From: Torpedo marmorata
Taxonomy: Eukaryota
Reading direction: 5' to 3'
Assembly (NCBI GenBank): GCA_977017645.1
Contig: OZ360245.1
Coordinates: 23,684,001-23,748,000, forward strand
Length of the DNA: 64,000 nt
The position numbers and the translations under genes are program-made. Below, piece by piece: positions 39,452 to 51,680 of the stretch. The notes beneath the pieces are model-generated. The model saw only the letters and a list, made by a program, of their open reading frames with translations, did not search any database and was not told the origin of the DNA. Positions within the stretch are counted from its first letter, which is position 1. Every line of letters starts with the position of its first letter.

Positions 39452-40388
39452 ACCATAGCAAATGAACCAATTGGAACCAACGCAGCACGACAATATGCAG
39501 GCATGGACTGTTAAGTTTCAAATAATATTAGCTCCACAATAATGCCCGACATGACCACTTCCAACAAGGAGTCTAACTGTTTACTCTTGACATTCAGTGG
39601 CATCACTTGAGTGTCTATTTTTGGAGTCGGGGGGGAACCATAGATCAGAAACTCGACTGGGCCAGCTAGATAAATATTATGACTGCAGAGTGAAATCAGA
39701 GACAGGATATCTTGTGATCTGATTTGTTTCCCGTCACCCAAAAGCCTTTCCACCATCTGTAAGGGTCAAGTTGAGACGGTGATGGAATACTCATAAATTG
39801 TCTGCATGAGTGCACCTCCAGTAATACTCAACACCATTGGTGCTTGATTGGGATCCATTCACCACACTAAACATTCATTTCCTACACCATGGGCACACAA
39901 TGGCTGGAGAGTATGGCATCTGCAAAATGGAGTTCATTTGCTTGCCAGTGCTACTTCAACAGCATCACCCAAACATGTAACCTCCATCCAAAGATCGACA
40001 AGGACAGCAGACACAAGAATACCAATGGATTCCCCTCCAAGTCACATACCATCCAGATTTGACAATACTTGTAATTCCTTTATCATCACTGGGTCTAAAT
40101 CCTAGAATTCCCAACCTAATAGTACTGTAGAAGTGCCTGAAATAGGATAGCAGTAATTCAAGAAGGTGGTTCACAATCGCTTTCCCAAGAGCAGTTTGTG
40201 ATGAGTAATAAAGAGTGGCCATGTCAAAAACCAAAAAATGCATAAACAGATAAAAAATATTGCTTTTATCCTTTCCCTTTTAAACCTTATTTATTGCCTC
40301 AAAGCAAAAATTTGCATAAACTTCATTGTGGAATTGGTGTGTCTTAAAAAAAATGAACTGACTTTCGTTCATTCTTTACAATCTCTAG

Positions 40389-40498
40389 GCTACCCAGATC
40401 AAATGGTGTTTTCAGAATTCAGACGGCGTTTTGATGTCCTTGCTCCGCATCTTACTAAAAAGCATGGACGTAACTATATTGTTACAGATGAAAAACGG
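40389..40498 (+). CDS. MYO18A: MYO18A exon: [37 protein letters not shown]
   Basis: ctag|GCTACC...CGG|gtgagt, 110 nt, phase 1-0. Confidence 0.96.
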
Positions 40499-40505
40499 GT
40501 GAGTT

Positions 40506-41704
40506 TGATACTTTCTTTCATTTGAACCCTACTCATAAGGGTTTAATAGGTAATATTTATAATAAGTTATTGAGATCGCAATCCAATTTTAATGATAAAA
40601 TTAAAAAAGCTTGGAAGGTAGAACTTCAGTTGCATCTCTCAGAGGAAATATGGGAGAAGATTTTTGGCTTGGTTAATACCTCTTCAGTATGTGCCCGACA
40701 CTCTCTAATCCAGTATAAAGTGGTTCATAGAGCTCATCCGTCGAAAGACAGGTTGACTCGTATTTTTCCTAACGTTAATCCTATCTGTGATAGATGTAGG
40801 CTGGAGGTGGCTTCTTTATCTCATATGTTCTGGTCGTGTTCTATGTTGGAAAGATATTGAAGGGATATATTTAAGACTTTATCAACTATACTGCTCTTTT
40901 TGGAATAATAGTTTTAGATGTGGGACAAATTCCCGCTTCTACACAGAGGGTTGAAGCTTTCTCCACCTTATTAGCTAGAAGAGCCATTTTGTTTAAATGG
41001 AAAGATCCTAACCCACCTACTTTAATTCAATGGCTCTCTCAAATTATGTCATGTTTGAGTTTAGAGAAAATAAGGAGTCATACATTTGATGCATCTGTTA
41101 AATTTGAGGAGACTTGGAGACCATTTTAAAATTACTTTTGCATGATTTAACTAGTACAATCAATTGCAATTCTGGACAATTGTTATATTTATTTTTTCCT
41201 TCTCTTTTTACTACGGTGTACATCAGCTGATGGACATTATTTACCAATAAACTTTCAAGATAGACTGCCCAGTTGTTTTTTTTTTGTTCTGTTTTATTTA
41301 GATTAGGTGGGGTTTTGTAGGGAAAAAAAATTTCTTCTCTTTTTGCTTTTTTTTTTACTTCTTTTTTCTTCTTTATCTCTTTGAAAAATTCGGTTTGAGG
41401 CGATGAGAAACTATTAGAATATATTGGTTAATTATGACATAAGGCAGATTATTATTGTACTGATTTGTTTTTTTAATGTATATGTATTCTTATTGTCCTC
41501 ATATTTTGATCACTTATTAAAATATGTTAGTGAGAAAGGGAGGAGATCGGAGAAAATTATATATAAATGATTTATATTTGTTGTACCGAAGATATATCTC
41601 TATTATTACTTACTGTTAAATTGTACTCATTCTGTGCAACATTGCCTTTTTAATTTTAATTTCTGTATTGTAATTTTTACAAAATCAATAAAAAGATTGA
41701 AAAA
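40506..41704 (+). mobile_element. L1-type LINE 3' fragment (different subfamily), 16-bp TSD overlapping the exon donor
   Basis: CDRC...HMFWSC remnant; A-rich end; GAAAAACGGGTGAGTT at 40490-40505 and 41705-41720. Confidence 0.92.
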
Positions 41705-43466
41705 GAAAAACGGGTGAGTTAGCTGTGGCCATGATTTGTTATCAACTAATCTGGCACTCAAACTTTCAAATTTGTAAATCTAATAACCTTAAGAAAATCT
41801 GGGGACATTTGCAGTAGGTGAACAAGAAGATCAGGAATGGTTTTATTGAAAGGCAGTACAGACATGCAGGGATGAATGGGAAGTGTATGTATTTCTTTTA
41901 CATAATCTAGGGAGGAAAACATGCAATGTTAGAATTGTAGTTATGTGCATTAATAACATTAAATTACTGTAAGTAAAAAGATTTCTGTTGAAATCTTTTG
42001 TTTTTGTTCTGTATTCAACTGTAGGACTAGGTATCAAGGTGGGTGACCAACATTCAGGGTATAGCACTGAAGCAGATAAGTAGGACTAAGCAAGCAGCCT
42101 CTTGGAGAGAGCAGATGGTGAATAACCAGTATGTGGAGAGTGGTGTAAAGGCAGGAGGATCCAGAGTGCAAGGAGAGATGAGAGCAAAAGTGTTGTAATG
42201 GATAGGAAAGGGTCAGAGGACTGCAGGCATGTGGGATGAGTTCAGATGGGCATATTGGTGGGCATGGATGAGTTGAGCCAAAGGGCTTGTTTCTATACTA
42301 TGTAGCTCAATGTCCGTGAATACCTATGGGTTAAGGGAGAGGGAGCTGAGAAGGAGGGAGATTGAGAGAGGTAGCTGGAGGATAGAAGAGAAATATGAAC
42401 ACTGATGGAGGATGTGATCAGGGTGGGGCATGAATCTGTTTGCATGTGTGTCTGGGATCAGAGTATGTGTTACTGCTCAGTCAACACAGCAGAGTTTGGT
42501 TTTCAGTTAACTTAAACTTCCTTGTGTTACAAATTCCAAACCAGCAATGACAGAAGACGCAATGCAAAAGGGGTAAAATTGAAATTTATATTTATTAAAG
42601 ACAATTAAACATATAATTTCACAACTATTAACCCCACTATAAACGTCTATAAACACTATTCTTATCTAAAAGGTGTGTGTGTGTGTGTGTGTAAAGCCCA
42701 GACCATTACAGTCTGTGCCCAACCCTTATGTAAAAATGTAAAAACCTTCCCCAAAAACCCCAGGTCAGTCATAAAAACAAGTCAGTCCCAAAAATACAAT
42801 CCACAAAAATTCACTCTCTATGCTCAGGGTCCAAATTCAGCTCTGTGTGCTGGCACGAAGGACTTCTTAATGAACGTTGGAGAGAGAGACAATGACTGTT
42901 TATGCTTACGAATGCTTGGCGTGCTTTTCTTCTCTGATGACTTTCCCTTCTGGTGTTTTCACAAGGATTGTGAATCCAGATCCGTTTTGGATTGAGGCGT
43001 GTACTTGGATCTCACAGCCTGTTCTTCACAAAAGCTGCTCTCAACTCAGGATTTTGCCGAATCACCAAGGCTTTGTTTTTGGTCCCAACCTTTTCCTCTG
43101 GGATGCACAAGCCTGGATTTTTGTGATTCAGAAGGCTCTGTGTTCTTCTCCCAACCTTTTCTCTGGGATGCACAAGCCTGGATCCTGCTGAGTTCTCCCG
43201 CCTTTGCAACTCCAAAACTGCCACTGATTCAATTTTCCACGACTGAACTTTTAGGCCTTCCTGCAGAGGTCTTCACCTTTTTCAAAAGTCCAACAACCAG
43301 GTATCTCTTTTCACAGTTTGTCTCCCCCTGGTGTCTCTCTCTGGTAAGTACAAGAGGTCCTGGGCAAGTTAACTCTTTCAGTACCAGGTCCCAGTGTGTA
43401 CTCCAAAAGACTTCATCCTTCCTGCTGACCGTCCGCAGTCCAAATGGTCAGTCATGGTCCATAACA

Positions 43467-43478
43467 CCTCCCACCCAC
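43467..43478 (-). promoter_or_regulatory. Polypurine tract of the Gypsy element
   Basis: Minus-strand gtgggtgggagg directly precedes the 3' LTR TG. Confidence 0.75.
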
Positions 43479-46400
43479 AAAGAAAATTTTGGTCTGCAAG
43501 AACAAAATTTTGGAAATTGAGGTGTTACAATATAAACAAAACCCACAATGTTCATCCACAAATACAAAATATGAACTATTTTCATTTATAAAGTTTAGCA
43601 TCTAGAAAGACAATCAGCAATTACATTATCTTTCCCTTTTATATGTGTTATTACCAAATCATATTCTTGCAAAATTAGACTCCAATTCAACAACCGTCGA
43701 TTCTTATTTTTCATTTTACAAAGAAAAACCAATGGATTATGGTCAGTATACACTATGAGTGGTTTTTGAGCTGTACAGATATAAACATCAAAGTGTTGTA
43801 GAGCCAACACAAGAGCCAACAACTCTTTTTCTATTGTTGAATAATTCCTTTGATGATCATTGAACTTCTTCGAGAAGTAGGATACCGGATGGTCAATGTC
43901 CTCTTCGTTCTTCTTCTGTAACAGCACCATGCCCACAGCTTCATCGCTGGCATTCGCGGCTAAAGAAAACGGCTGTTCTAAATTAGGTGACTTAAGCACA
44001 GGTTGGTGGCATAACATGGCTTTCAATTTGACAAATGCTTCCTGACAACCTGTCGACCATACAAATTTTCTCTCTTTCTAAGCAAATTTGTGAGGGAGCG
44101 CAAGATCAGCAAAATTTTTACAGAACTTGCGGTAGTAGCCAATCATTCCCAGGAACCTCCTCAGAGTTTTCTTACCAGTTGGAACAGGGAACTCGGAAAT
44201 AGTCACAACCTTTACCTCTACTGGCGCCAACTGCCCCTGTCCTACAACATAACCCAGATAAATAACAGTAGCATGTCCAAACTCACTTTTACAATCACGT
44301 TCGAACAATTGTTTTATCTCAAAGACATGCTCTTCCCAGGTCTCACTACTTACAATTAAATCATCAATGTAAGCACCTGTGCTTTTTCAACCCTTGAATT
44401 ACTGAATTAATCATTCTCTGAAATGTTCCTAGAGCATTCTTCATACCAAAAGGCATAACATTATACTCATACAGCCCAAAAGGTGTTACGAATGCAGAAA
44501 TCTCCCCAGCCCTTTTTGTCAAAGGAACACACCAGTACCCTTTCAATAAGTCAATTTTTGTAAGAAATTTGGCCTTCCCCACCTTATCTATACAATTGTC
44601 TATTCTAGGAGTAGGATAAGCATCTGTCTTTGTTACAGCATTTACTTTCCTATAATCAGTGCAAAACCTAACCGTTCCATCAGGCTTAGGCACTAAAACA
44701 CAAGGGGAACTCCAATTGGAAGTAGACTTGCGAATGATATTGTTCTTTACCATGTAGCCAATTTCCTGATCTACCAGTTTGCACTTTTCCGCATTGATTC
44801 GATAGGGATGCTGCTTTATCGGTCTTGCATCTCCTCTATCCACATCATGATAAGCGATGGAAATTTTCTGAGGCACATCGGGAAATAAATTTATAAATTT
44901 TAAAAATAACTGACTCATCTCTTCCTTTTCTGAAGTTTTCAGATGAGCCAACTTTGTCTCCAGATTGGGCAAAATCATGGAATTTTCTAACCTCGGGCTT
45001 ATCAATTTCTGTGTCCCATGACCCTCTCTGAAACTGGTTTTATCTGTCTCCTCTTTACCCTGATCAATAACCAGCACCTCTGGTAAATGTTCAGTCTCTT
45101 TGTGCGGCACCTGTTCAAAATATGGATTAATCATATTCACATGACAGACCTGTGTGTCTCGTCTGCGATTAGGTGTTTCTATGACATAGGTGACATCATT
45201 AATTTTTGACTTAACTCTATAGGGTCCTGAAAATCTAGCCCTAAGATGATTTGAATGGATGGGAAACAGAACTAATACGTTCTCACCAGGTTTAAAAGTT
45301 CTCATCTTAGCCTTTCGATCATACCAATCCTTCATTCTCTGTTGAGTGGCCTTTAAATTCCCCTTTGCCATATCACAAGCCCTATGCAACCGATCCTTAA
45401 ATTTTGAAACATAATCTAACAGATTTAAATGCACATCACTATTAATCCACTGTTCTTTTAATAATCTTAAAGGACCTCTCACCTCATGTCCGAAAACTAA
45501 CTCGAATGGACTAAAACCAAGTGATTCTTGGATAGACTCCCTCGCTGCAAATAATAACAAATGAACCCCCTCATCCCAATCCTTTTCCTTCTCACAACAA
45601 TAGGTTCTAAACATGTTTTTCAAAGTCGAATGTAACCTCTCCAAGGCCCTTGACTTTCTGGATGGTACGCAGAGGATACAATCTGTTTAACTCCCAGTCC
45701 ATCAACCACTTGTTGGAAAACTCCTGACATGAAATTACTCCCCTGATCTGATTGAATTTCCCTTGGCAAACCTACCAAGGTGAAAAACTTTACAATTGTC
45801 TTTGCTTTAATGTTTCTCAGAGGAATGGCCTCTGGAAATCTGGTTGCGGCACACATAATTAATAACAAATACTCATTCCCCGCTTTGGTTTTGGGCAATG
45901 GGCCAACACAGTCCACAATCACTCTCGAGAAAGGCTCACTGAAAGCAGGGATAGGTTGCAAGGGTGCCACCGGAGGACCCTGATTAGGTTTACCCACCAC
46001 CTGACAAGTGTGACAGGCCCGGCAAAAGCTTACAACCTCCCTTCTCAAACTGGGCCAATAAAATTGTTTCATTATCTTCCTTATAGTTTTCTTCACCCCA
46101 AGGTGACCAACTAAGGGTGTGCTATGAGCCAAAGTTATTATTGCATCCCTATATACTTTAGGGATCACAACCTGCTGCACTACTGCCCATTCTTCATTGG
46201 CAGGAACATCACATGGTCTCCACTTTCTCATCAACACCCCATCTTTTTCATAATAACCCACTGGCACCTTTTTAATCTCCTCTTCAGAGAGAACCTTATC
46301 CCTCACCTCAGCAAGATCAGGATCGTCCTTTTGCCTTGCTATTAGCTCCTGTCGGGATAGTGACAAATCTGTGCCTTTAGGTGTCTTATCAGTGGATGGG

Positions 46401-48322
46401 TGTAACACAGGAGATTGCTCAACCTTTTCCAGGTGTTCTTGATTATCACTGACTTTTTCTTTCACCAATTTATTTTCCACTGCCTTCTCTACAGTGACAT
46501 TTTTCTTAGACATGGCCCTGGTTATGGCACATGCCGGATAAATATCAGAGTCTTTCTCTGACTTATCAATGACTGGCTTAGTGGTCATTCGCATTGCAGG
46601 AACTACTGTACCCTCGGCCAAGTCATTGCCTAGCAACAGTGAGACTCCTTCTACTGGCAACTCTGATCTCACTCCTATTATAACAGGTCCTTCCACCAAG
46701 GCTGAGTCCAACACTATTTTGTGCAAAGGAATGGACTCAACATCACCCCCAATTCATTTAATTAAATTCATGTCACCGGTGTCAGTAGCTTCACAAAATT
46801 CCAAAACACTATCTAACACAAGTGACTGAGCAGCTCCAGTATCTCGCAAGATTTTCACTGGAACTTGTTTTGATCCTGCCTTAACTGAAACAAAACCATC
46901 AGTTACAAAAGGTTTAAATACATCCCTAACTTTGTCAGTAAATTTATCTCCTTCCTGGGTGTTATGCCTCTTCTCACTCTGAATACAAGCATTAGGTGTT
47001 GCATCCTTTTCTCTCTTTTTCAACACTGGACAGCTTGCTAGCATATGACCAGCCTTCTTACAGTAGTCGCCAATGGGACCTGAAGGGTTTTCCCTTTTCC
47101 ACTTTCCTTCATCCCTTTCCTTAACACCACTTCCAAATTTACTTTCCACTTGCTTGGGATTATCCACATTGACCTTTTGGAAAATTCTGCCAGACGTCCA
47201 CTTAGGCTTGTGGGTTAAAGCATATTCATCTGCTAACTTAGCTGAATTTTGCCAAGTTTTCACCTCCTTTTCATCTAAGTATGCCTTGATATCCTCAGGA
47301 ACACACCTTTTTATCTCCTCGATTATTATCAATTCTCTCAATTGAATGTAATCATTGTTTACCGCCTTATATGTGCACCACCGGTCAAAACACACAACCT
47401 TTTCATAGGCAAACTCTGTGTAAGATTGGGTTGCTGATCTTTTTAAATTTCTAAACTTCTGTCTATAAGCCTCTGGAACTAACTCATAAGCCTGGAGTAT
47501 AGCCTTTTTCACCATTTCATAATCAGCACTTGCTCCGTGGTAAGAGTAGAATAAGGTTGCTGAGCTTTTCCTTTTATTACACTTTGTAACATAAGAGACC
47601 ATTGGTCTTGTGGCCATTTTAATTTCACAGTCACCTTCTTAAAATGCTGGAAGTACTTATCTATTTCTGCCTCCTCAAATGGAGGAACCAACCTAACTTC
47701 TCTACTAGCCAAAAACCCCTCAACAGGATGACGAATTTGATCTTTGTGCTCTTCTTGTCTCCTCTCATTTTCCAACCTCATCTTTTCCAGCTCATATATC
47801 CTATTTTTCTCCTCGTTCTCTAAGTCTAATCTCTTTTGTTCCAATTCCGTGTCTTATTTTCTTTTGTTCCAATTCCCTGTCTAATTTCTTTTGTTCCCTG
47901 GCTACCTCCAAGTCTAATCTCTTTTGTTCCAATTCCGTGTCTATTTTCTTTTGTTCCAATTCCAATTTCTTTAGTTCCAACTGTATGTTTTCAGAAGGTT
48001 TACCCTTGGGAAACTGCTCTAACACGCTCTCCTCAAATTTTTTTTCTTTTATATAGTATTTGACAATTTTTCTCCCAATCTCTGCCTTTTTCATTGATGG
48101 TTTTACTGAAGCAATGCCCAACTCTGTTACTCTAGCCACTAACTGTTCCTTTTTCGCCTTTTTTAAAGTGTCAGGATCAGGTGATTCCAAAAAATTTTCT
48201 ACATCCATTGTTGCTTGTTTTTTTTTTTGTTACACACATACTAACTTTTAATTAGCTTTACAAAAGGAATGTCTTAAACCAGACTGGGATTCCTTCAATT
48301 ACCAAGATGGATTTTGATTCAA

Positions 48323-48341
48323 ATCCAAGGACGAGCCCCCA
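48323..48341 (-). promoter_or_regulatory. Primer-binding site, tRNA-Pro type
   Basis: The minus strand reads TGGGGGCTCGTCCTTGGAT just inside the 5' LTR; canonical PBS-Pro is TGGGGGCTCGTCCGGGAT. Confidence 0.85.
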
Positions 48342-50586
48342 ATTTTGTTACAAATTCCAAACCAGCAACGACAGAAGACGCAATGCAAAAGGGGTAAAAT
48401 TGAAATTTATATTTATTAAAGACAATTAAACACATAATTTCACAACAATTAACCCCTCTTTAAACGTCTATAAACACTATTCTTATCTAAAAGGTGTGTG
48501 TGTGTGTGTGTGTGTGTAAAGCCCAGACCATTACAGTCTGTGCCAAACCCTCATGTAAAAATGTAAAAACCTTCCCCAAGAACCCCAGGTCAGTCATAAA
48601 AACAAGTCAGTCCCAAAAATACAGTCCACAAAAATTCACTCTCTATGTTCAGGGTCCAAATTCAGCTCTGTGTGCTGGCACGAAGGACTTCTTAATGAAC
48701 GTTGGAGAGAGAGACAATGACTGTTTAGGCTTACGAATGCTTGGCTTGCTTTTCTTCTCTGATGACTTTCCCTTCTGGTGTTTTCACAAGGATTGCGAAT
48801 CCAGATCCGTTTTGGATTGAGGCGTGTACTTGGATCTCACAGCCTGTTCTTCACAAAAGCTGCTCTCAACTCAGGATTTTGCCGAATCACCAAGGCTTTG
48901 TTTTTGGTCCCAACCTTTTCCTCTGGGATGCACAAGCCTGGATTTTTGTGATTCAGAAGGCTCTGTGTTCTTCTCCCAACCTTTACTCTGGGATGCACAA
49001 GCCTGGATTTTTGTGATTCAGAAGGCTCTGTGTTCTTCTCCCAACCTTTACTCTGGGATGCACAAGCCTGGATCCTGCTGAGTTCTCCCGCCTTTGCAAC
49101 TCCAAAACTGCTACTGATTTAATTTTCCACGACTGAACTTTTAGGCCTTCCTGCAGAGGTCTTCACCTCCTTTTTCAAAAGTCCAACAACCAAGTATCTT
49201 TTCACAGTTTGTCTCCCCCTGGTGTCTCTCTCTGGTAAGTACAAGAAGTCCTGGGCAAGTTAACTTTTTCAGTACCAGGTCCCAGTGTGTGCTCCAAAAG
49301 ACTTCCTGCTGACCGTCTGCAGTCCAAATGGTCAGTCATGGTCCATAACACTTGTCATTAGACCATAAACTTGTTATGTAAGACAACGTGGTAGAGAGGT
49401 GTAACGCCCAACCCACATTTAAAAAATTCTCACATGACCATCTTTCATGCCTCAGAACTGTAGCAGAAGCAAGTCATTTTTGATCATGAGGGACAACTTA
49501 AAAAATGTATAAAAGCATCTACAGAATTCAATTAACTGGACTAAATGGCAGATTTTTTTTAGTGAACTCCATGACAAATAATATAATGATGTTTAACATT
49601 ATCATCTTGCCAATAATTTAAAAAAGGTGTTTTGAACAGAATTGTTGGAACAAATAAGTAGAGGACTGGTGGAGTTCAACCAACATGTGGTAGGCTATGT
49701 ATTGACATTCAACAATGCCAATTCATGTGGTGCATGTTTATTGATATTCAAACAATAGGAGGAGGTTGTTTTGAACCAGTAAGCAAATAATCGTCATGAA
49801 AATTAATACACCAAAGGTATGGCCAATGTAAGTCAGTACGCCACGTTGTAAATTGATCACTGTGGCAACTAAATAACACAGAAGTGTAACATTGTAAACC
49901 AAACACTAACAACATATTGGTAAATTTAAATATTGTGTGCAGAAGCTTCATGTATTCACGTTTAATTTAAATTATTATACGTCTTTTAACATGGAGGCAT
50001 TAAAGATGTAAGCATGTTTAGCTGTTTATATTACCTTTAGTGAAATACAAGATTGTTCATGAGCTATTTAAAGTGATTATTTAGTATTGCTTTCATCATT
50101 CTTAATAAATACAATACTAATGTATTGCAGTTGTGTTTTGCACCTGTTCTGCAGATGGAAATCTGAAATAATTAAGCATAGTTGTAATTTTTATATTGTA
50201 TTAGAGTAATCATTGAGTATTATAAATTGCCTCAATTTTTAAACTCGTAAATTGCTATTAATTCATTGACCTGAAAATATCTTTTAGAATCCAACTGCTG
50301 TCACCACGTTAGTTTGGTGTCAGATATTGTCAAAGAGGTGGAGGTGCAGGTGGCTCAGACCTGAATGTCATTTCATTTCTACGAACTCGAATTGTACTTC
50401 CTGGTACACTGTGCAGCCTCACCTCCAATGTTGCTGGTTGAAATCTTGTTTGTTCATTGGTTTCTCTCCAAAATAAAATTCTGACCTTGGAAAGTAATTT
50501 TTGAGAATGTATACAACATATCATGATGTAAAAGTTGGGAAATAATATTTATTTTCTCTAAGAGTTTCTTTTTTTTTTGCTTATAG

Positions 50587-50652
50587 GCTGTAGAAGAGCT
50601 TCTGGAGTCTCTGGATTTAGAGAAGAGCAGTTATCACATGGGCCTTAGTCGG
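50587..50652 (+). CDS. MYO18A: MYO18A exon: AVEELLESLDLEKSSYHMGLSR (GC donor)
   Basis: atag|GCTGTA...AGTCGG|gcaagt, 66 nt, phase 0-0; homologous to [22 protein letters not shown]. Confidence 0.92.
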
Positions 50653-51115
50653 GCAAGTGATTTGATTTGTAAATTGAGTTGGTAATAGACAAGTAGCTTG
50701 TCCTTTCATCTTACAGGAACAAGTCTGAACACCTGTCTTGGTTAATAAATCTGCCCAATGCTTTATGATTGGAAAATCAAGTAGCTTAGTAGGATAAAAG
50801 AAGGGGGAAAAGCTTTCACCATTCAAAACCTTGGGCTGACCCACGCCACATTATTGTTAATGTTACGTAGAAAGCATGGCAGTCAATTTCATAACAGCAA
50901 ACATCCACAACTGCAATGCAATAATGTTCAGGTAACCTGCTACAATGATGATTATTGTAGAATAAGTATCAGGCAGGATACCAGAGATAGCTATCAATCT
51001 CTTGGAATGGTCTTATGGAATGCTTTTACATCAACCTTAAAGAGCAGTTGTGTAATATTTGTCTAAAAGTCAGAAAGACCTCTGGGCAGAGCGAAAGAAC
51101 ACTGTTCTGCAAAAA

Positions 51116-51346
51116 GGCGGCACGGTTGGCGTAGCTGTTATCGCAACCTCCCGCTGTCTGTAAGGAGTTTGTACGTTCTCCCCGTATCTGCGTGGGTTTT
51201 CCCCGGGGGCTCCGGTTTCCTCCCACTGTTCGAAACGTACCGGGGGTGTAGGTTAATTGGGTGTAAATTGGGCGGCACGGACTCGTGGGCCAAAATGGCC
51301 TGTTACCGTGCTGTATGTCTAAATTTAATTTAAAAAAAAAATTTAA
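51116..51346 (+). mobile_element. V-SINE (HE1-like), B-box region deleted
   Basis: Homologous to 12477-12766 and 58346-58596 but lacks part of the tRNA head. Confidence 0.85.
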
Positions 51347-51599
51347 CGAGTGGCAGCTTAAATTTTTTTTTAAACCTTAAGACTATGGAGTGCAACTTGA
51401 TTTAACTATCTTATGATTCAGAGGTGGGGGTTGTATCCACTAAGTTGAGGTTGACACTTTTAAGAATTAAAATAAAAATAGAAAATACTAGAAATACACA
51501 GCAGATCTTCAGATAACAAAGAAATTAAGAAAGTCATTCAGAGATCTCATTTGAAATCAAGATATTTTTGTTTTTTCAACTGCTGATGTCCTTTTTTCT

Positions 51600-51616
51600 T
51601 TCTCTCTCTCTCTCTA

Positions 51617-51677
<61 letters not shown>

Positions 51678-51680
51678 TAC
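51600..51680. repeat. Compound (CT)n(TA)n(CA)n microsatellite
   Basis: Direct inspection. Confidence 0.95.

Larger units (their letters stand above)
31780..40240 (+). mobile_element. Old non-LTR retrotransposon (RTEX/CR1-like) fragmented by younger insertions
   Basis: Degenerate segments at about 31780-32325, 32723-33502, 35630-35820 and 39452-40240. The 3' end resembles minus-strand relics at ~31600-31720 and 60790-61370. Confidence 0.55.
42525..49350 (-). mobile_element. Full-length Gmr1-type Ty3/Gypsy LTR retrotransposon (gag-PR-IN-RT-RH), frameshifted
   Basis: LTRs 48346-49350 and 42525-43466 (TG...CA); CTTG TSD; protease ILRDTGA; integrase (H..C-C, IQSDQGSNF) precedes RT (FCTDYRKVN, MPFGMKNA) and RNase H (YTDHNPL). 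Confidence 0.95.

Noticed and set aside
42675-43520. ORFs repeated three times (also 19739-20485 and 48494-49081) as a small gene family
   Set aside because: They are incidental frames within LTR copies and are not conserved in length or frame.
48909-49075. CRISPR-like array
   Set aside because: Contiguous tandem units without unique spacers, inside an LTR in vertebrate DNA, with no cas genes.
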